NCBI GenBank assembly: GCA_050575255.1
Contig: JBNZDD010013726.1
Coordinates: forward strand, 496,001-560,000
From: Harriotta raleighana
Lineage: Eukaryota
Direction: 5' to 3'
Length of the DNA stretch: 64,000 nucleotides
The position numbers and the translations under genes are program-made. Under the pieces are notes generated by a model. The model made no database searches and was not told the DNA's origin. It was given only the letters and a program-made list of their open reading frames with translations. This document shows, in pieces, positions 25,800 through 38,896 of this stretch; the first letter of the stretch is position 1; every line of letters begins with the position of its first letter.

Positions 25800-26492
25800 A
25801 ACAACAAAATTACATTTGTATAATGCCTTTCATGTTGGGAGGATGTTCCAAGGCACTGGACAATCAATATTTATAATAATAATAATCCTTGCATTTGATA
25901 TAGCGCTTTTCACATCTTATCAACGTCCCAAAGCGCTTCACAGAATATACTGTAAAGTGAATTGACTGTATATGTGTGGGCGGAACGCGGCAGCCAATTG
26001 CGCACAGCAGTGTCCCACAAACAGTCATAGATTGAAATGACCAATTTTATTATTGTAGTTTTTTGGAGGGATTATTATTAGGCATGTGGAGTAAGGAAAC
26101 TTGCCCAGGTTTCGCCCTGATCTGCCTGGATTCGAACACAGGTCTCATGCCTGTAAGGCATGTAAGGCGAGTGCTCTAACCACTGAGCCACAGGAGCTCC
26201 ACAATTGATTTGGATCTGAGCTGGGGGTTGGGCAGGGTGGAGGGCAGAGGGTGTGGGAAGGAATGTGAATTAAAGCACGGTTGAAGGAGGGTCTTGAGAT
26301 AGGTCTTGAACAAGTCAAGGGAGGAGGCAGGTGGAGGGACTCTGGGATGGAGTTCCAGAGGGTGGGAGCAGACTGGCTGAATATCCGCCTGCCAATGGTG
26401 AGGCGGGCGAGAAGAGGAACAATGTGAAGCAGGGCGGAGCCTGCCGAACGGACAGAGCTGGCAAATTGGTAGGTGGTTAGGAGGTCAGCAAA
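25800..26492 (-). mobile_element. L2 3' fragment split by a SINE insertion
   Basis: L2 tail at 25800-25865; body at 26203-26492 encodes DLLTTYQFASSVRSAGSALLHIVP..TIGRRIFSQSAPTLWNSIP (ORF 26145-26510). Confidence 0.9.
25873..26202 (-). mobile_element. Full-length young SINE nested in L2
   Basis: A box TGGCTCAGTGG, B box GTTCGAATCC, CpG-rich core, (ATT)n tail; 9-bp internal duplication TGTAAGGCA/TGTAAGGCG. Confidence 0.96.
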
Positions 26493-26509
26493 AAAAACAC
26501 ATAGATGCA

Positions 26510-26717
26510 TATCATAGGATTATCCTGTCCACCAGAATTGGAAGACACAAATTTGGTTTAACATCATCTGAAAGATGGTATCTGCCCACTGCAGTTCTCC
26601 TCCACTATTGCATTGAAGTGTAAGCCTAGACAATGAGCACAAAGTCCTAACAAGGGGCTTGAACCCACAACATTCTGATTCAGAAACGAGAATCCACAAC
26701 TGAGTCAGGCCAACACT
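26510..26717 (-). mobile_element. Old DeuSINE, 5' half
   Basis: GGTTTAACATCATCTGAAAGATGG (Deu core, + strand) through GGCTTGAACCCACAAC..CTGAGTCAGGCCAACAC (tRNA head); homologous to 6878-7149. Confidence 0.8.
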
Positions 26718-27865
26718 TGCCTTCAAAAGGATTTGGAATATTACTTTACAATCCCAACAACAATAGTCTTTTAAAACAATTTCCATTTTGCTTCTGAAAT
26801 ATAATTGTAACTTCTTATTTCCACTGAAAAGGTAATTGGTGTCAGAATGACAAGTTTTTCTGGCATTAGTGTTAGGTTAGAATCAGGAAGTGAGTGCAAA
26901 TGATCAAGGACATTTTATTGATTGCAATTACGGAAGAATGTTGCACTTGATAGATCAGTTGCGGTTCAAAATAAATCCAAATCAAAAAAAGTCCAAATAA
27001 ATTTGTCAATTTAATTTATATTTGGAAAACTACATTTGGATTGATTATGGAATGAAGTGATTGTTTAACCACTTTAATTAAGGCATCATTCTGCAATGAC
27101 AGAGGTACAAATGTCTTTAAAAGATAATAGAGTATACAGTAGGAACAGTGCAGGAAGATACTTTTAACTACCCATAAATTTAGTGTACTTTGGCAATGGG
27201 TGTACATAATGCGAAAAAAAACAACTATAAGCACACAAAGTGGACTATACTAATTGAATTCAATGGTGTGGGCATATTAAAATAAAAGTTTCCAAATAAT
27301 TTGTGAAAATTAATCTATGTTTGAAGATTGAAAACTGAGAAGGCATTCGTGTTTAAGGATCTGAAGTGAGAATTGCCACAAAATAAGGCAACATTACATT
27401 TAAATAAGGTTTGCTTTTAGGATTAATTATGTACAATCTGGTGGGATAAGTCTATTCTATTGACCAGTTAAGTCACACCACAGAGACCAGCAGTGTTAAA
27501 TAAAAACAGATTTTTTAAGTATTGTGTTCATTGAAAAAAAAATATTTATAGATATACTGCAATACCTGCTGTGTTTCTTGGATTATTATATGATTTATTA
27601 ATCCACTGAGTTTAAAATATGTTTTGTAGCTTTTCACATTAAGTTCCATAGCTCCCAGTGATAAAATTTAATAAAATATAGATATCAGACCATGGTACTT
27701 TCTCCATAATTGTCCAATGTATCATGTAGGTAAGAATGGAGATGTGATAGTACATTAAATGTGAATAAAGTGGAATACATTTCATTCAACTATTTATTCC
27801 ACTAGAAATAGAAAAAAAATTCTTACAATTCAAAATTTGCTCAATATTCCACATTGCAACTGATC

Positions 27866-27981
27866 ATAATAATAATCCTTGCATTTGATATAGCGCTTTT
27901 CATATCTTCTAGATGTCTCAAAATGCTTCACAGAATATAAAGTGAAGTGAGTATATATTTGTTTGCGAAACGCGGCAGCCA
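27866..27981 (-). mobile_element. 5'-truncated young SINE
   Basis: Family tail to AAACGCGGCAGCCA. Confidence 0.92.
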
Positions 27982-28589
27982 TCATATTAAGATTCAGAAA
28001 TTACAGTATCCGGAGTGCATTAATGGGAAAAATTTCACTGCACTGTCAACACAACCATTTAATTGGAATTAAATTGCCATCACTTAATTTTTCCTCGTGT
28101 CTGATATTTAAAACAGAATCGAAAATAATTAGCACCCTGATACAAACAACAATGTAAATTCCATCACAAAAATTAATTCCAGGCACACTATTGTTCTAGT
28201 GTCCTCCATCTCATTTGGATGAAGGCTAACACTCTGCCCATGTGCATTGTTATCTGTTTTTCTAATTATCATATGGCTACCATTTCACAAAAGAGGACCC
28301 AAATAAGATTCTTCACCAATTTATTTCCTGCTGGACACCATATTGGAAATATTTAGATCAGCCAGGCCACTGTAATCAAGAATGAAATCAAGTTAGGCTG
28401 AGTATCTCCAGAAGAAAGGAAACTCTGGCAAGATTTCATTCACACATATGGGAAAGATAACCTTACACAGTTCATTCCCAGGCTCTGCACAGCCTCTTCC
28501 TAACCTTACAAACATTCAATATAAGATTAAACTATTTCTAAACGTCTGCAGCAGTTAATTAAGCAGTTCAAAAATGGATTGAAAAATGA

Positions 28590-28885
28590 ATTATCTTTGC
28601 ATTTGATTCAGCACCTTTCACTTCAGGAGGATATCTCAAGGCACTTCACAGGATTGTCATTTGAGCCCAGACAGTGAAAGTCATTAGGGTATTTGATTAT
28701 GGAGGGTATCACAGCTGACCTGATCCTGTTCTCACCGAATGCTGACATGTGTGTACTTTACAGCAAGAGATGAGGAACAGGAACCTTGCTGAGATCAGAT
28801 AACTCAGCAGTGATTAGATATCAAATCCATAATGATACAGTTTAGTGCTACACAGGTGGTACTTATGACACCAGGCCATCAGAGA
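28590..28885 (-). mobile_element. AmnSINE2-like relic (28652-28885) abutting an L2-type tail (28590-28651)
   Basis: Minus strand TGCTGAGTTATCTGATCTCAGC..GGTGAGAACAGGATCAGGTCAGCTGTGATACCCTCCAT..TCACTGTCTGGGCTCA, then TGTGAAGTGCCTTGAGATATCCTCCTGAAGTGAAAGGTGC..AAATGCAA. Confidence 0.7.
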
Positions 28886-29749
28886 AACCCATTGGGCACA
28901 TTTAATCCTCTTTTAAAATTTGGTTTCACTGATTATAATCAAATTGAATGGTAAATGCAGCATAGTTACATTTTCCAATCAAAGTGCTATGAAGCCAATT
29001 GCATTTCAGAGGAAGTCTGGCCTTTGAAAAACTAAATATGGAGATTAGGGCGTTTATACTTTTCACATGACACAACTGGTAATCATTTAACACTGTTTCT
29101 TTCTTGGAAGTCACAACAATCAACATGACCATTAACACAAAACTAAACTAAAAAGTGTACTTTACAATCAGACCAAAATAATTTTTAAAAAGTGATTTTA
29201 AATAAATATTCAATAGCACAAAGCTAAGACACCATTCACACTTCAATAAGAATTTGTGATACCAAAATGCTATTCTGTATGCAAGTAGAATTCGGTAACA
29301 CATGCAAGTCAGTATGGGGTACAACTACAGGATACATGACATTTCAAATGAATGTGTAGAATATACTTGTACTGAAATAGGTTGCACAATATTTTATAAA
29401 GAGAAGCAACATGGATCGGAACTGAATTCAGCTGTTTGAGGCTTCTTAGTACAAGGCAAAATTCCTGAGAAGATACACAAATCAATAGGGAGCTTTATAA
29501 TCTTCCAGACTAACCTTCTTTACAGCTGTCAAAATACACATTTTTAAACATCTGCAAAAGATGTGCATACATTGTCAACCCTGAACCTCTCAGTATGAAG
29601 TATAGTTCTTTCTGAATTCATCTTTAGAACTAACAGTATTCTTGCAGTTTAGTTACAAACCAGTTTTCAACAGGTTTATCCCCCACCGAATACAGATTAA
29701 TTTGACTCTTAACTTTCAATAATATTTTGAAAAAATGGAATCATTCACA

Positions 29750-30190
29750 TAGGAACAAATAGGTATTTTTCATGTAACTGGGAAGTACTGCAGTAAGTCC
29801 TAAGTTTTATTTACCATCATGCTTATTGTTCTCCTATTTAATATCTTGCCCTGACCTAAGTTGATATTCACCATCTGTGTCCTATGGGCTTTAATTGTTC
29901 CAGATCTTTTCAAGTCCGGTGTATCCTCCATTAAATTGTCCACATAGCTTAGAATCATAAGAATATGCTTTAATATTGCAATAAATGCTGTCCTTCCAAT
30001 TATTTATGAATAGTGTAAACAGGAGGGATCCAGAATGGATCCTTGTGTAACTGCTGCCTACTCCCCCACCTGAAACCCTGTACAGACAGAACATTTTCCA
30101 TTCATCTTCACATTCTGCTTTCTACTAGTATGTCAGTTTCAAATCCAACTAGATAGTTTATTATTAATTCTTTGAGTCTTAGATTTGACT
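29750..30190 (-). mobile_element. Decayed CR1 RT fragment
   Basis: ORF 29891-30094 SLLFTLFINNWKDSI..YSYDSKLC corresponds to PLLFxxFINDL..FADDTKL. Confidence 0.7.
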
Positions 30191-30194
30191 TAAA

Positions 30195-30572
30195 TGTTCC
30201 CACCTTTACCTATAAATTCCTTCACACATTCGCATTTCCCTAGCTCTGTGATCCACTCTTTTACTTATCCCCTCACTCAGCTAACTTGTGCCTGCTACTC
30301 CATGCCACGATCAGTGGCTGAGCCTGCAGCTATTACACCCCAACCTCTGGAACCCGCTTCCTCTTACCCTCGCCTTATCCCCACCCCCACTCCCCCGTAT
30401 CTGTCTGTAAATTCCACCTAAAAACCTTCCTCTTTAACTGCATTTGGTAAGCTCCTCTTTCCCCAATCGATGTTCCACTTTCCCTTCCTCGGCATCCATC
30501 TCAGTCCTTGGGAAGTGTTCTGAGACATCCTATGTGAACAGTACTATATACAGTAAATGCATTTTGTTTGTG
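30195..30572 (+). mobile_element. Diverged L2 3' fragment
   Basis: CCTGCAGCT..CCCCAACCTCTGGAAC (PxLWN)..AAATTCCACCTAAAAACCTTCCTCTTT (KFHLKTFLF) and tail GAGACATCC..GTGAA..AAATGCATTTTGTT. Confidence 0.75.
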
Positions 30573-33500
30573 ATTGGTACTCTATCCAAGATCTCACTCT
30601 ATCCAAAAGCTAAATATTAAACTAAATAAGCAAATGCAAAAAAAGCAGCAAATAAACAGATTTATAACAGTTGGAACAATGCTTTGAATACCCATTATAA
30701 CTTTGGTCTTACTTTTTTTATATTGGTACCAGCGATAAGGTACTTTATGTATGAACATTAATTTACAATTGTGGTTTTGTCAATCTACCATATGCATAGC
30801 CAACAAAGAACCAATCATTGTGCATGGTATAAACTCAAAAATAATGGCATAGGACTGCTCAAATTAAATAAAAGTTTGCCAAATAAGTTTTCTGGAAAGG
30901 AAGGCTGCTTTAAAATATTGTCTTGGCATTTGATTAACTCAAAATGAAGTTCCCAGGCATCTCAGAGAAATCCAAATTAACTTGGTGCCAAGTGACACAA
31001 GTTGTGTGCTATCATAACCTTGAATAGCTTAAGTGGCTTCACTCAGCAGTGTAAAAGTAACATGTCGAAAGACAGGGTCAAGTGAAGACGCAATGCTTCA
31101 CCGATCAGTCTGACACTACTAGGTACCATTCCCTTCTTCTTTGGTACAGAGGCACAAAGATAGGACTTCTGTCAGTTCCCATAGTAAGTGTCTTAACTGA
31201 GTGTGCTCTTTTCCCTTTTTGTGCTGTTTAAACATACTACAGGCAGACTCAAAGTCAGCTTTCTTGTCTTTGTGAACATTAGCATTATGGTGTTGAGTTC
31301 CAATGAGAGTCCCCAGACTCCACCAGGGAATCTCTCAATGGATTTTGTGAGTTTTCCCAAATGGCAATGGCTAGAGGAGGTCAAACGTTAAAGCAACTGA
31401 TCTCACTGGTCTTCCCCATAAGGTCAGGAAAAGGTGAGATAAACCTCAGTCAAGCGTTTGGGTAGATTTGAGAGTGTACACTCTGTTACACAATAGAATA
31501 CAATAGTGACTGACTGTGACAAATCCACACCTCTGCTTTTCAACTCCAGTATTAGATCATGGCAACCAGATCATAAAAATTATGCAAGCCTTTTGAAGAT
31601 TTTTTTATATTGTAAGATTTTCATTTTTTTCACACGATAAGATTCAGAAGAAACTGTGCAACTGCATGCATGTCCAAACAACACAATTCAAAACAGCATT
31701 GTAAAGGGCCTCAATATAGGCCCATAGCCACTTGGAGTCCCTGATTAGTGAGCGGTCATAAATCACTCATCCCCCCCTTCCCCCGCCTCGAGACACTGGA
31801 ATAAAAGTCCAAAATTCAGAAAAGGATAGCTTCACGATAGGAATTCGTAGGAATTCACAGGTTGTTTTCACCAAAATACACCAAATAGACTTCCATGCTT
31901 GCATTTTCACTTCATGCTCTTGTTTATTACAGTGTGTATTAATTATCGAACAATGGCGTTTTAATTAATTAAACATGTGTATCCTGCATTTTAAATCAGC
32001 GAATACAAACAGTGGGATCTATCAACTGATAGTGTACTATACAAATTCACAAATTATATTCCAAAAGCAAACAAAATTATATTCCTTGGAGCTGAACTGG
32101 CTCCCAGATGACATGCCTGGCAATGGAATGTCGGAATCAAGCCAGCCTTCTATGGCAGTCTCAATCATCCAGTTCCTGAGTCAGACGGTGAGATTCCGGG
32201 GCGATGCCAATGACAGCACATCCTAACTGACTCATTGGCGAGACCTCCAAGGGCAGACCAGTCACTAGGGGCAGGGAGTTATAAGCTCCTGTTAACCCTG
32301 CAAGTCAAAGCCCAAACAGATAGGGTGGTCCTCACTGGTCAAGCAGCACGGAAACTTGCTAGACAGCAATATCAATGGCAAGCTTTGCGGTTTTTGCTGG
32401 TTAGACTTCAGAAGTACTTTTGGGCCTCCAAGTCTTGGCTCTTGCCAAACTGTGCCCAATACTTACTGGAATTAGGTAAGCAGGATGCATCCCTCCAGCA
32501 AGAGAGTGTCCATTCCAATGATCTATCTTGTGGATTTCCGTGTATAGGTGGGATGCATGGAAATCTCAGATCGATATGGATGTTCTAAAGCATGATTATG
32601 GGTTTCTGCTTGTGTCATATAACCGGCTGACAATAGAAAATTTCCAATTCCAAAAAGATATTTCTGCATTATATGAAACACATAACAGAATGTGGAAATT
32701 CTAAAGGGATAACGACCTGTGGGAACGCCACCCAAGTCTATATTTACATGACTCAGATACTTCATGAAGAATCTCAGTTTCAATTCTCCATGTTAGATCC
32801 CCCAGAAGAGTGTGTTTACAGCACCCCACAGGATCCAAATACACTCATTACTGCCTTGTAAACTATTACAGTCCAACTGCTATTTAAATATTTCTGTGGA
32901 GTTGCCAAACAAATACTGTATAACAACAAAGACTGTCGGAATAAATTTTCTGTATGAAATCAACCTACGGAGCAAGAGATTCCTCCTTTGCTGATTGTAA
33001 TGTATACTCCAGCCTCCGGATTTATCCTGTGAGATGTAGGGCAAAACTATTCACTCCTTATTGTCATGTATTTGTCAGGTATTTGAGCGCTGCAAAACAT
33101 TTGGAAATCATTTTGGAAAAATAAAGATTTGTAGATAAGATGTTTGTTTATTTCTAAGGTTTTTTGCTTTGTTAAATCTGACATGTCACTGGTTATATAT
33201 TGTTTACTAGTCACATCACAACTTAAAACACAATGGAAAATTCAAATTTATATTTGAATTTAAAACTGCATTTTTCTTACTAAAATTAAAACAAACATCT
33301 TAAATCCATGTGTAACCTCGTTATGTCCGTGTATCCAACTCTAAAATAATCCAAACATAATCATTTAGAAAAACAAAATCTGAGTTGTGAAATCAGATTT
33401 GGAAACAGCTTCTGATTTGAATCGTACTATGACATAATTCTTTTTGAGCTCTCTAATTGTAACACATACACCTGTCACTATAACACATCAACAGGAATAT

Positions 33501-35889
33501 CAAATTACTAAACCACACTCAAGTGCAATCCTCTTTGCAGACTGTGGCTTGCTTTCCCAGAAGGTGTCAGCTTCTGCTGTATCTGAAGAGATAACGGTAT
33601 GTGTTTGGTGGGAGAGTTTAAGTCCGTTCATTTCTCAGTGAACAATTATTTTGATGAACAGACTCAGAGGAAAACTAAAGACTATTTTTGTCCCATGATG
33701 TTCACTGTACAAATATATCTCTTATAAATCAGAAGCAGTCATTGTGTCTGTGTCTTAAAACTGTGTCATTTCCATCCAGCTACAGTACTGTCAAAATGAG
33801 CACCATTTAGTTTGATAGATGGTGCAAGCCTTCTTAGTGAAATGTGGGGAACAGGTGCATCAAGTGTTGAAAAAATCTCGACTACAGGTTTTTGGAATAC
33901 ATTACATTGGGGTGGCCCAGAGACACTGGAGGACGTTCGGCCCATCTGACAGAGTATAACAGACCAACAGATGCATGCCTTCTTAATTACCTGAATACAC
34001 GATGCAGTCCAGGTGCAGTAATCCACAGTGGTCTGTAAATCCCCAGATTACCAAAATATTAGTTGTGCTGCTAAATTTGAAAACGTCCAGTTGTCAACGT
34101 TTTAAAATCATTTGTTAATTATGATATGGCCAAGAACCTATTGTGAATGGATATGCACTTTCTCATTTTCAGCATATAGAAATCCGTGTAAATTTATTCT
34201 ATTATCATAATCATTCTTTAACACCAAAGAAGAGCAAATCCTGAAACAAATCTTGTTGTTACAACTTTACTTATTTAATATAAAGTTTAAGTTTACACAC
34301 AGGAAATAAATAGCACTGAAGGGACTGGTTTCTTCTCATTTGAACAGGTACATGCCACCAAGCTTGATTATTCAGTAGCCAAAACTTATTTTTTAATTGG
34401 ATACTCAATAAATTTCTACCCAACAGTCAGTTTACAAATTGCAATCTATAGATTTGCGATTCTCTGGTGACTTTTATTTTAAAAAAGGTAGTTTTGTTTT
34501 TGCTTTTGAAAATTATAAACAAATAAAATGTTTTAATTTAATAATTTACTGCTTTGCCTAGTCCGATACATTCTCCCTCTCATCCCAGCAACCAGCAATT
34601 GACACAATACAGTAGTTTTCATCTACCTTATAGATAATTAGTTATTTGCAGTTGCTCAGTACACAGATTCTGTGTTTAGAATTACAGTGCTGTATGCAGT
34701 TAATGCCTCAGTCTCATGCAAGTTAATAGCTGGTAGTATTCCCCCCATAACTGGCACTTGATATATAATGTAATGTATAAGGTAGTCCCCTCCTGTGGGA
34801 ATAGAAAATTGAAAACATATGTTCTATAAAATACTGTATGGTTCAGCTTTTTACACATCAAATTCTCAAACTATTTAATGAAACACAAATACCCTCAGCC
34901 TAAAATGTTCAAAATATACTGGAAAAATAAGAAAAAAACAAATACAGTAATTTGTTATCACACTTGAATAGTTCAATATTACTAATTTCTTGTATGATTT
35001 TATTTACAAATGCATAAAGTCAAGTATATAATTATTTTGGTGTCTATCAGCCAACTCCAGTCCCCTTCCATTTTCTCATTAAAACACAATTAAAGCTTCT
35101 GGTTGTAAGGTTTGCAATAGCATTGGTATGTGGTAAGTGCCACAAGTGAATCACACATGACTGACTATCTGTGTGACTCGTAGATTCTGCGCCCATAATT
35201 ATTTTTATAAATCAGTGTTGCAACTGTAGTCAACAGGTGCACTGTCAAATGCTGATCACGCCAATAACGCCGCCAAGGTATGATGGGAATGGTACATCTG
35301 CTGGAACAGTGGTGAGGTTAGATGACAGTTTATTGATGTAACTGGAGTGCTGTAACACAGTTCAGAACAACAAACCAGTCAATATGCATGGGTCATTGTG
35401 AACTATGCAGCCGCCATGGCGCACAGTAAATGAGCAAATGAGTTCAGAGCTTAAGGAGTTAGCATGTGGTACTGCTGGAGGAATTCTTTGCGGCAGAGGT
35501 TATTTAAAGGAAGATGGTCATACTTTACCTTCTTAGTAAAGTGTCTGCAAAGGAAGGAGGACTGGAGCAGCTTCCTGCATAGTGTTTGCAATTACTTAAC
35601 ACAGCAGAAATTGTTTAAAGAGAAGTACCAGTAAGTTTTATCCACTATCTGATTGTCACTCATTAACATTACATTTCCCAATATTATCCTAGAATGAAAA
35701 ATAGTGTTAAATTTACATGTTGATGTGAATCAAATAGCTTCTCATTTCTGCTGTGTGTGAGAAGGGTATAGGCCGTATGGCATTGTGAAACAGTAGATTT
35801 AGATATTGGGGTGGGGGAAGGAGTGGAGAGAAAGAGCAACAGGATATTGCTTAGCCTACTGGGTATGATTTAGCTAGATCATATCTTGT

Positions 35890-36150
35890 AAAATAACAGG
35901 CTGATTCCTTACAAAGCACATTAAAGAAAGTGAATCGGATCTTGGGAGTGGATTACTAAAGGGAGAGAGCATAAATTATGAATAGTGGTACTGAAGACAG
36001 CAATCTGTTCAATTCTTGGCAAAATTTTGGTTGCTACATTACAGTGAGGTGTATCCTTGGATTTAAACAGGTACAATAAAGAGGAACTGGATTGTTCCAG
36101 TACCTGGAATTAGACACCTGAGTTATAAGGAAAGGCTATGAAAACTACGA
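35890..36150 (+). mobile_element. Decayed CR1 ORF2 fragment
   Basis: KKVNRILG and VPGIRHLSYKERL remnants. Confidence 0.65.
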
Positions 36151-36189
36151 ATGTTAGCAAACATCTAATTTAATATTTTTTAACATATG

Positions 36190-36588
36190 CGTCAGGCTGA
36201 CTGAACTGGCAATACATCCGGCCTTGGGCCAGAAGCTGTGGGTTCAAGACCTGGGACTGAAGCTCACAATCTACCTCAACAGTGCAGGCGTGCGGTGAGA
36301 AGTGCATTGTCAAGAAGTACTGTATCATTGTTTGGATGAGACTCTAAATCGAGGTCTTATCAGGCTGTTCCTCAGATGGAAATGAAAGGTCCCACAATAT
36401 TCTTTGATAAGCAAATTGAGATTCCCCCAAAGTTATCAAACAATCTTGATCATTGATCATATTTTGTAGGACTGCTATAAATGGCTACTATATCTGCCTC
36501 CAAAATTGGTCATTATAACAGACAGCTATTATTCTGAAGCACTTTGAGAGTTTCAACATTAAAATCATTGTAAATATACAAGTTCTTA
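36190..36588 (+). mobile_element. Old full-length DeuSINE
   Basis: Head CAGAAGCTGTGGGTTCAAG, Deu core TTTGGATGAGACTCTAAATCGAGGTC..CAGATGGA..AAAGGTCCCA, tail TGAAGCACTTTGAGA..AAATATACAAG. Confidence 0.8.
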
Positions 36589-38896
36589 TTCCCTAAAAGG
36601 AGATACATACATTTTACACTAAATACAGTGAGATATTAACTGGAAACTCTTTCAATATGTTTCTGGGTTGTCGTGCGCCATTTTCTTTAATGTCTCCATC
36701 TCACTTACCATGCATGATACATAGTAAAGAAGCACAATATGGGATATGGAGAACAAATCAATTAATGGTCAAATACTTCAGTCTAATAAATATCCCATTA
36801 CCAAGATGTCCAACCATCCATGAACTAACTTATACTGTGCTGAGAATCGACACTAAAACTTGTACAAACAACCAATAATGTTGAGAATGATTTTCTACCT
36901 AGTCTTTCAACTATGGTCATACTAAATTTCACTTCCCCTTCCTAGCCGACTCAATGAGTTTCCATGAATACAAAAGTTACCAAGTTCTAGTAGCATGAAT
37001 GAATAGCCATTTTTTTCAATAATTCCACTCCCATTAAGTGCTTGGTTTTCCCTTTCTACAGATTGAAGTTGTGTTTCAAGAAACAACAGGAATGTTATAG
37101 TCATCAAACTATTATATTTTTAGACTACATTTTTGCTTTGCTTTTCTCAGGTGTCCTTGCTTTTTTTTTCCTCAGTTAATTCCTTGCAGTGTACATTTCC
37201 TTTCTTTTGTTCTTTTTATTTTCATGTTGTTTTACTATTTTTTTGTCCATGTAAAGCTGCTCAGTTCAGACTGAAATGCATCTGCAAAGCAATACCGGGG
37301 GAAGGTTAGAATGGAACAGTCTCGCCAGTCACCCTGGGTTCCTTTCACCACAAATAAACCGGTGTTGATTTCCTATTGGGGCTCCAGCTGAAAAATACAT
37401 TCACAACTGTCTGCTTATCTGATAGCAATAACATTATGGTCAGACCTTGTTAAATCGACAGGCTTAAGATGAATTTTCATGTGAGGTCTAATGAGAGTGC
37501 CATCTTAAATAAGGAATAACTTGTCTTACAATAGAGTTAAAACTCAACCAGACTTGTATGATACTGTACGAACACTTTGTTCTTACTTCGGTCAGATGGC
37601 ATATAAATCAATAAGTGTCCAACTCAAAGAGTTATTCAGGCTGTAAACTTGAAGTATACAGCAATCAGCAACATTCAAAACCACTGATTATTTCTGAACA
37701 GTTTAAATGTGCTTGGTGCCTTGTTTTCCTTGCTTTCTTCCATCATTTTCATTATTGTAGATATGACTCAACAGCAAATCATTTGTTGTGTTTTGGTACA
37801 GCCTGAATATGTTTGTTTGTACAGTATTATAAAACAAATCTTAAAATTACGTAAAAAGGGAAAAAAGTGCCAATGTGCAGTACAACCTTAACATTATAAG
37901 AAGACATTGGCACAATTCAAACTTCAGCATTTGATGTCTGACTGCATGAAGAACGTTTTAAATACCTGCTTTACTTTACATCAGTTCTTTTAAAAGGTTG
38001 TTTTTATTGACTTTTTTCCGCTGTCATTGCCAATAGTAGCACTAAGGAGTAACATTCTACCTACTATTATGACGTACGTTTCCACAATAAACAATTATAA
38101 TGGGCTTTTCCATTTCTAAACATACGAGTACATTGACAACTCAAGAAACCCAGCGGCAAACAGGATATGAATTCTCCAGATTCCAAACAGTTGGGTCTTT
38201 TGCAGCAAACAGTTGGTTTAGTAATATGAACATCTACTGTATTATATTTTGAAAACATATTATAATCATATTCCCCTGTAATAAAGAGTATGATACCCAC
38301 TTCAATTGGTTCCCAAAGGTACCTTGGAGCACAGTGTGATAAGAACACCGACTGCATCTTTAGGTCTAACATTTGTTTTCAAGATTTGTAAAGACTTGAA
38401 TAAGGACTCGAATCCACAAAACAAGGGCAGATGCAAGTTGAAGTCTGATTCTATTCAGTTCCTGATCTATGCCATATTGAATAGAAAGACGCCAAGCAGA
38501 GGCTGTGGAATCTCTCAGCAAAGGAGGGTAATTCCAAGAAGAGAATTATGCCTGGGTGGTCTCTGGTGCCTCCTGGCTGGCTGGGAACATGCTGCGCTTG
38601 TTCTCTCAGCTGGAAACATTAGATCAGCCAGACAAATAAGTTGGCTGAAAGCAAACGAAGCAACATACCTGAACTGAATGTATAATAAAAATATAGTGTA
38701 CAGTATTTATATTTTCCAATTACAGTGAAATAAGCTTCACATCTGAACAGAACAGCGTTAAAAAAGAATGAATAACATCAGATTTTATACAGTAAAGGCA
38801 AATTGCATGTATTTATATCAATCATTATCTTAAAAAGGTATGGGGTTCTTCGCTTCATTGCCTTTATGAGGTTCTTCACATTGCGACTGCTATTGT

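Noticed and set aside
33541-33596. Plus-strand exon-like segments (here and about 55330-55387)
   Set aside because: Isolated, unrecognised peptides with no consistent plus-strand chain.
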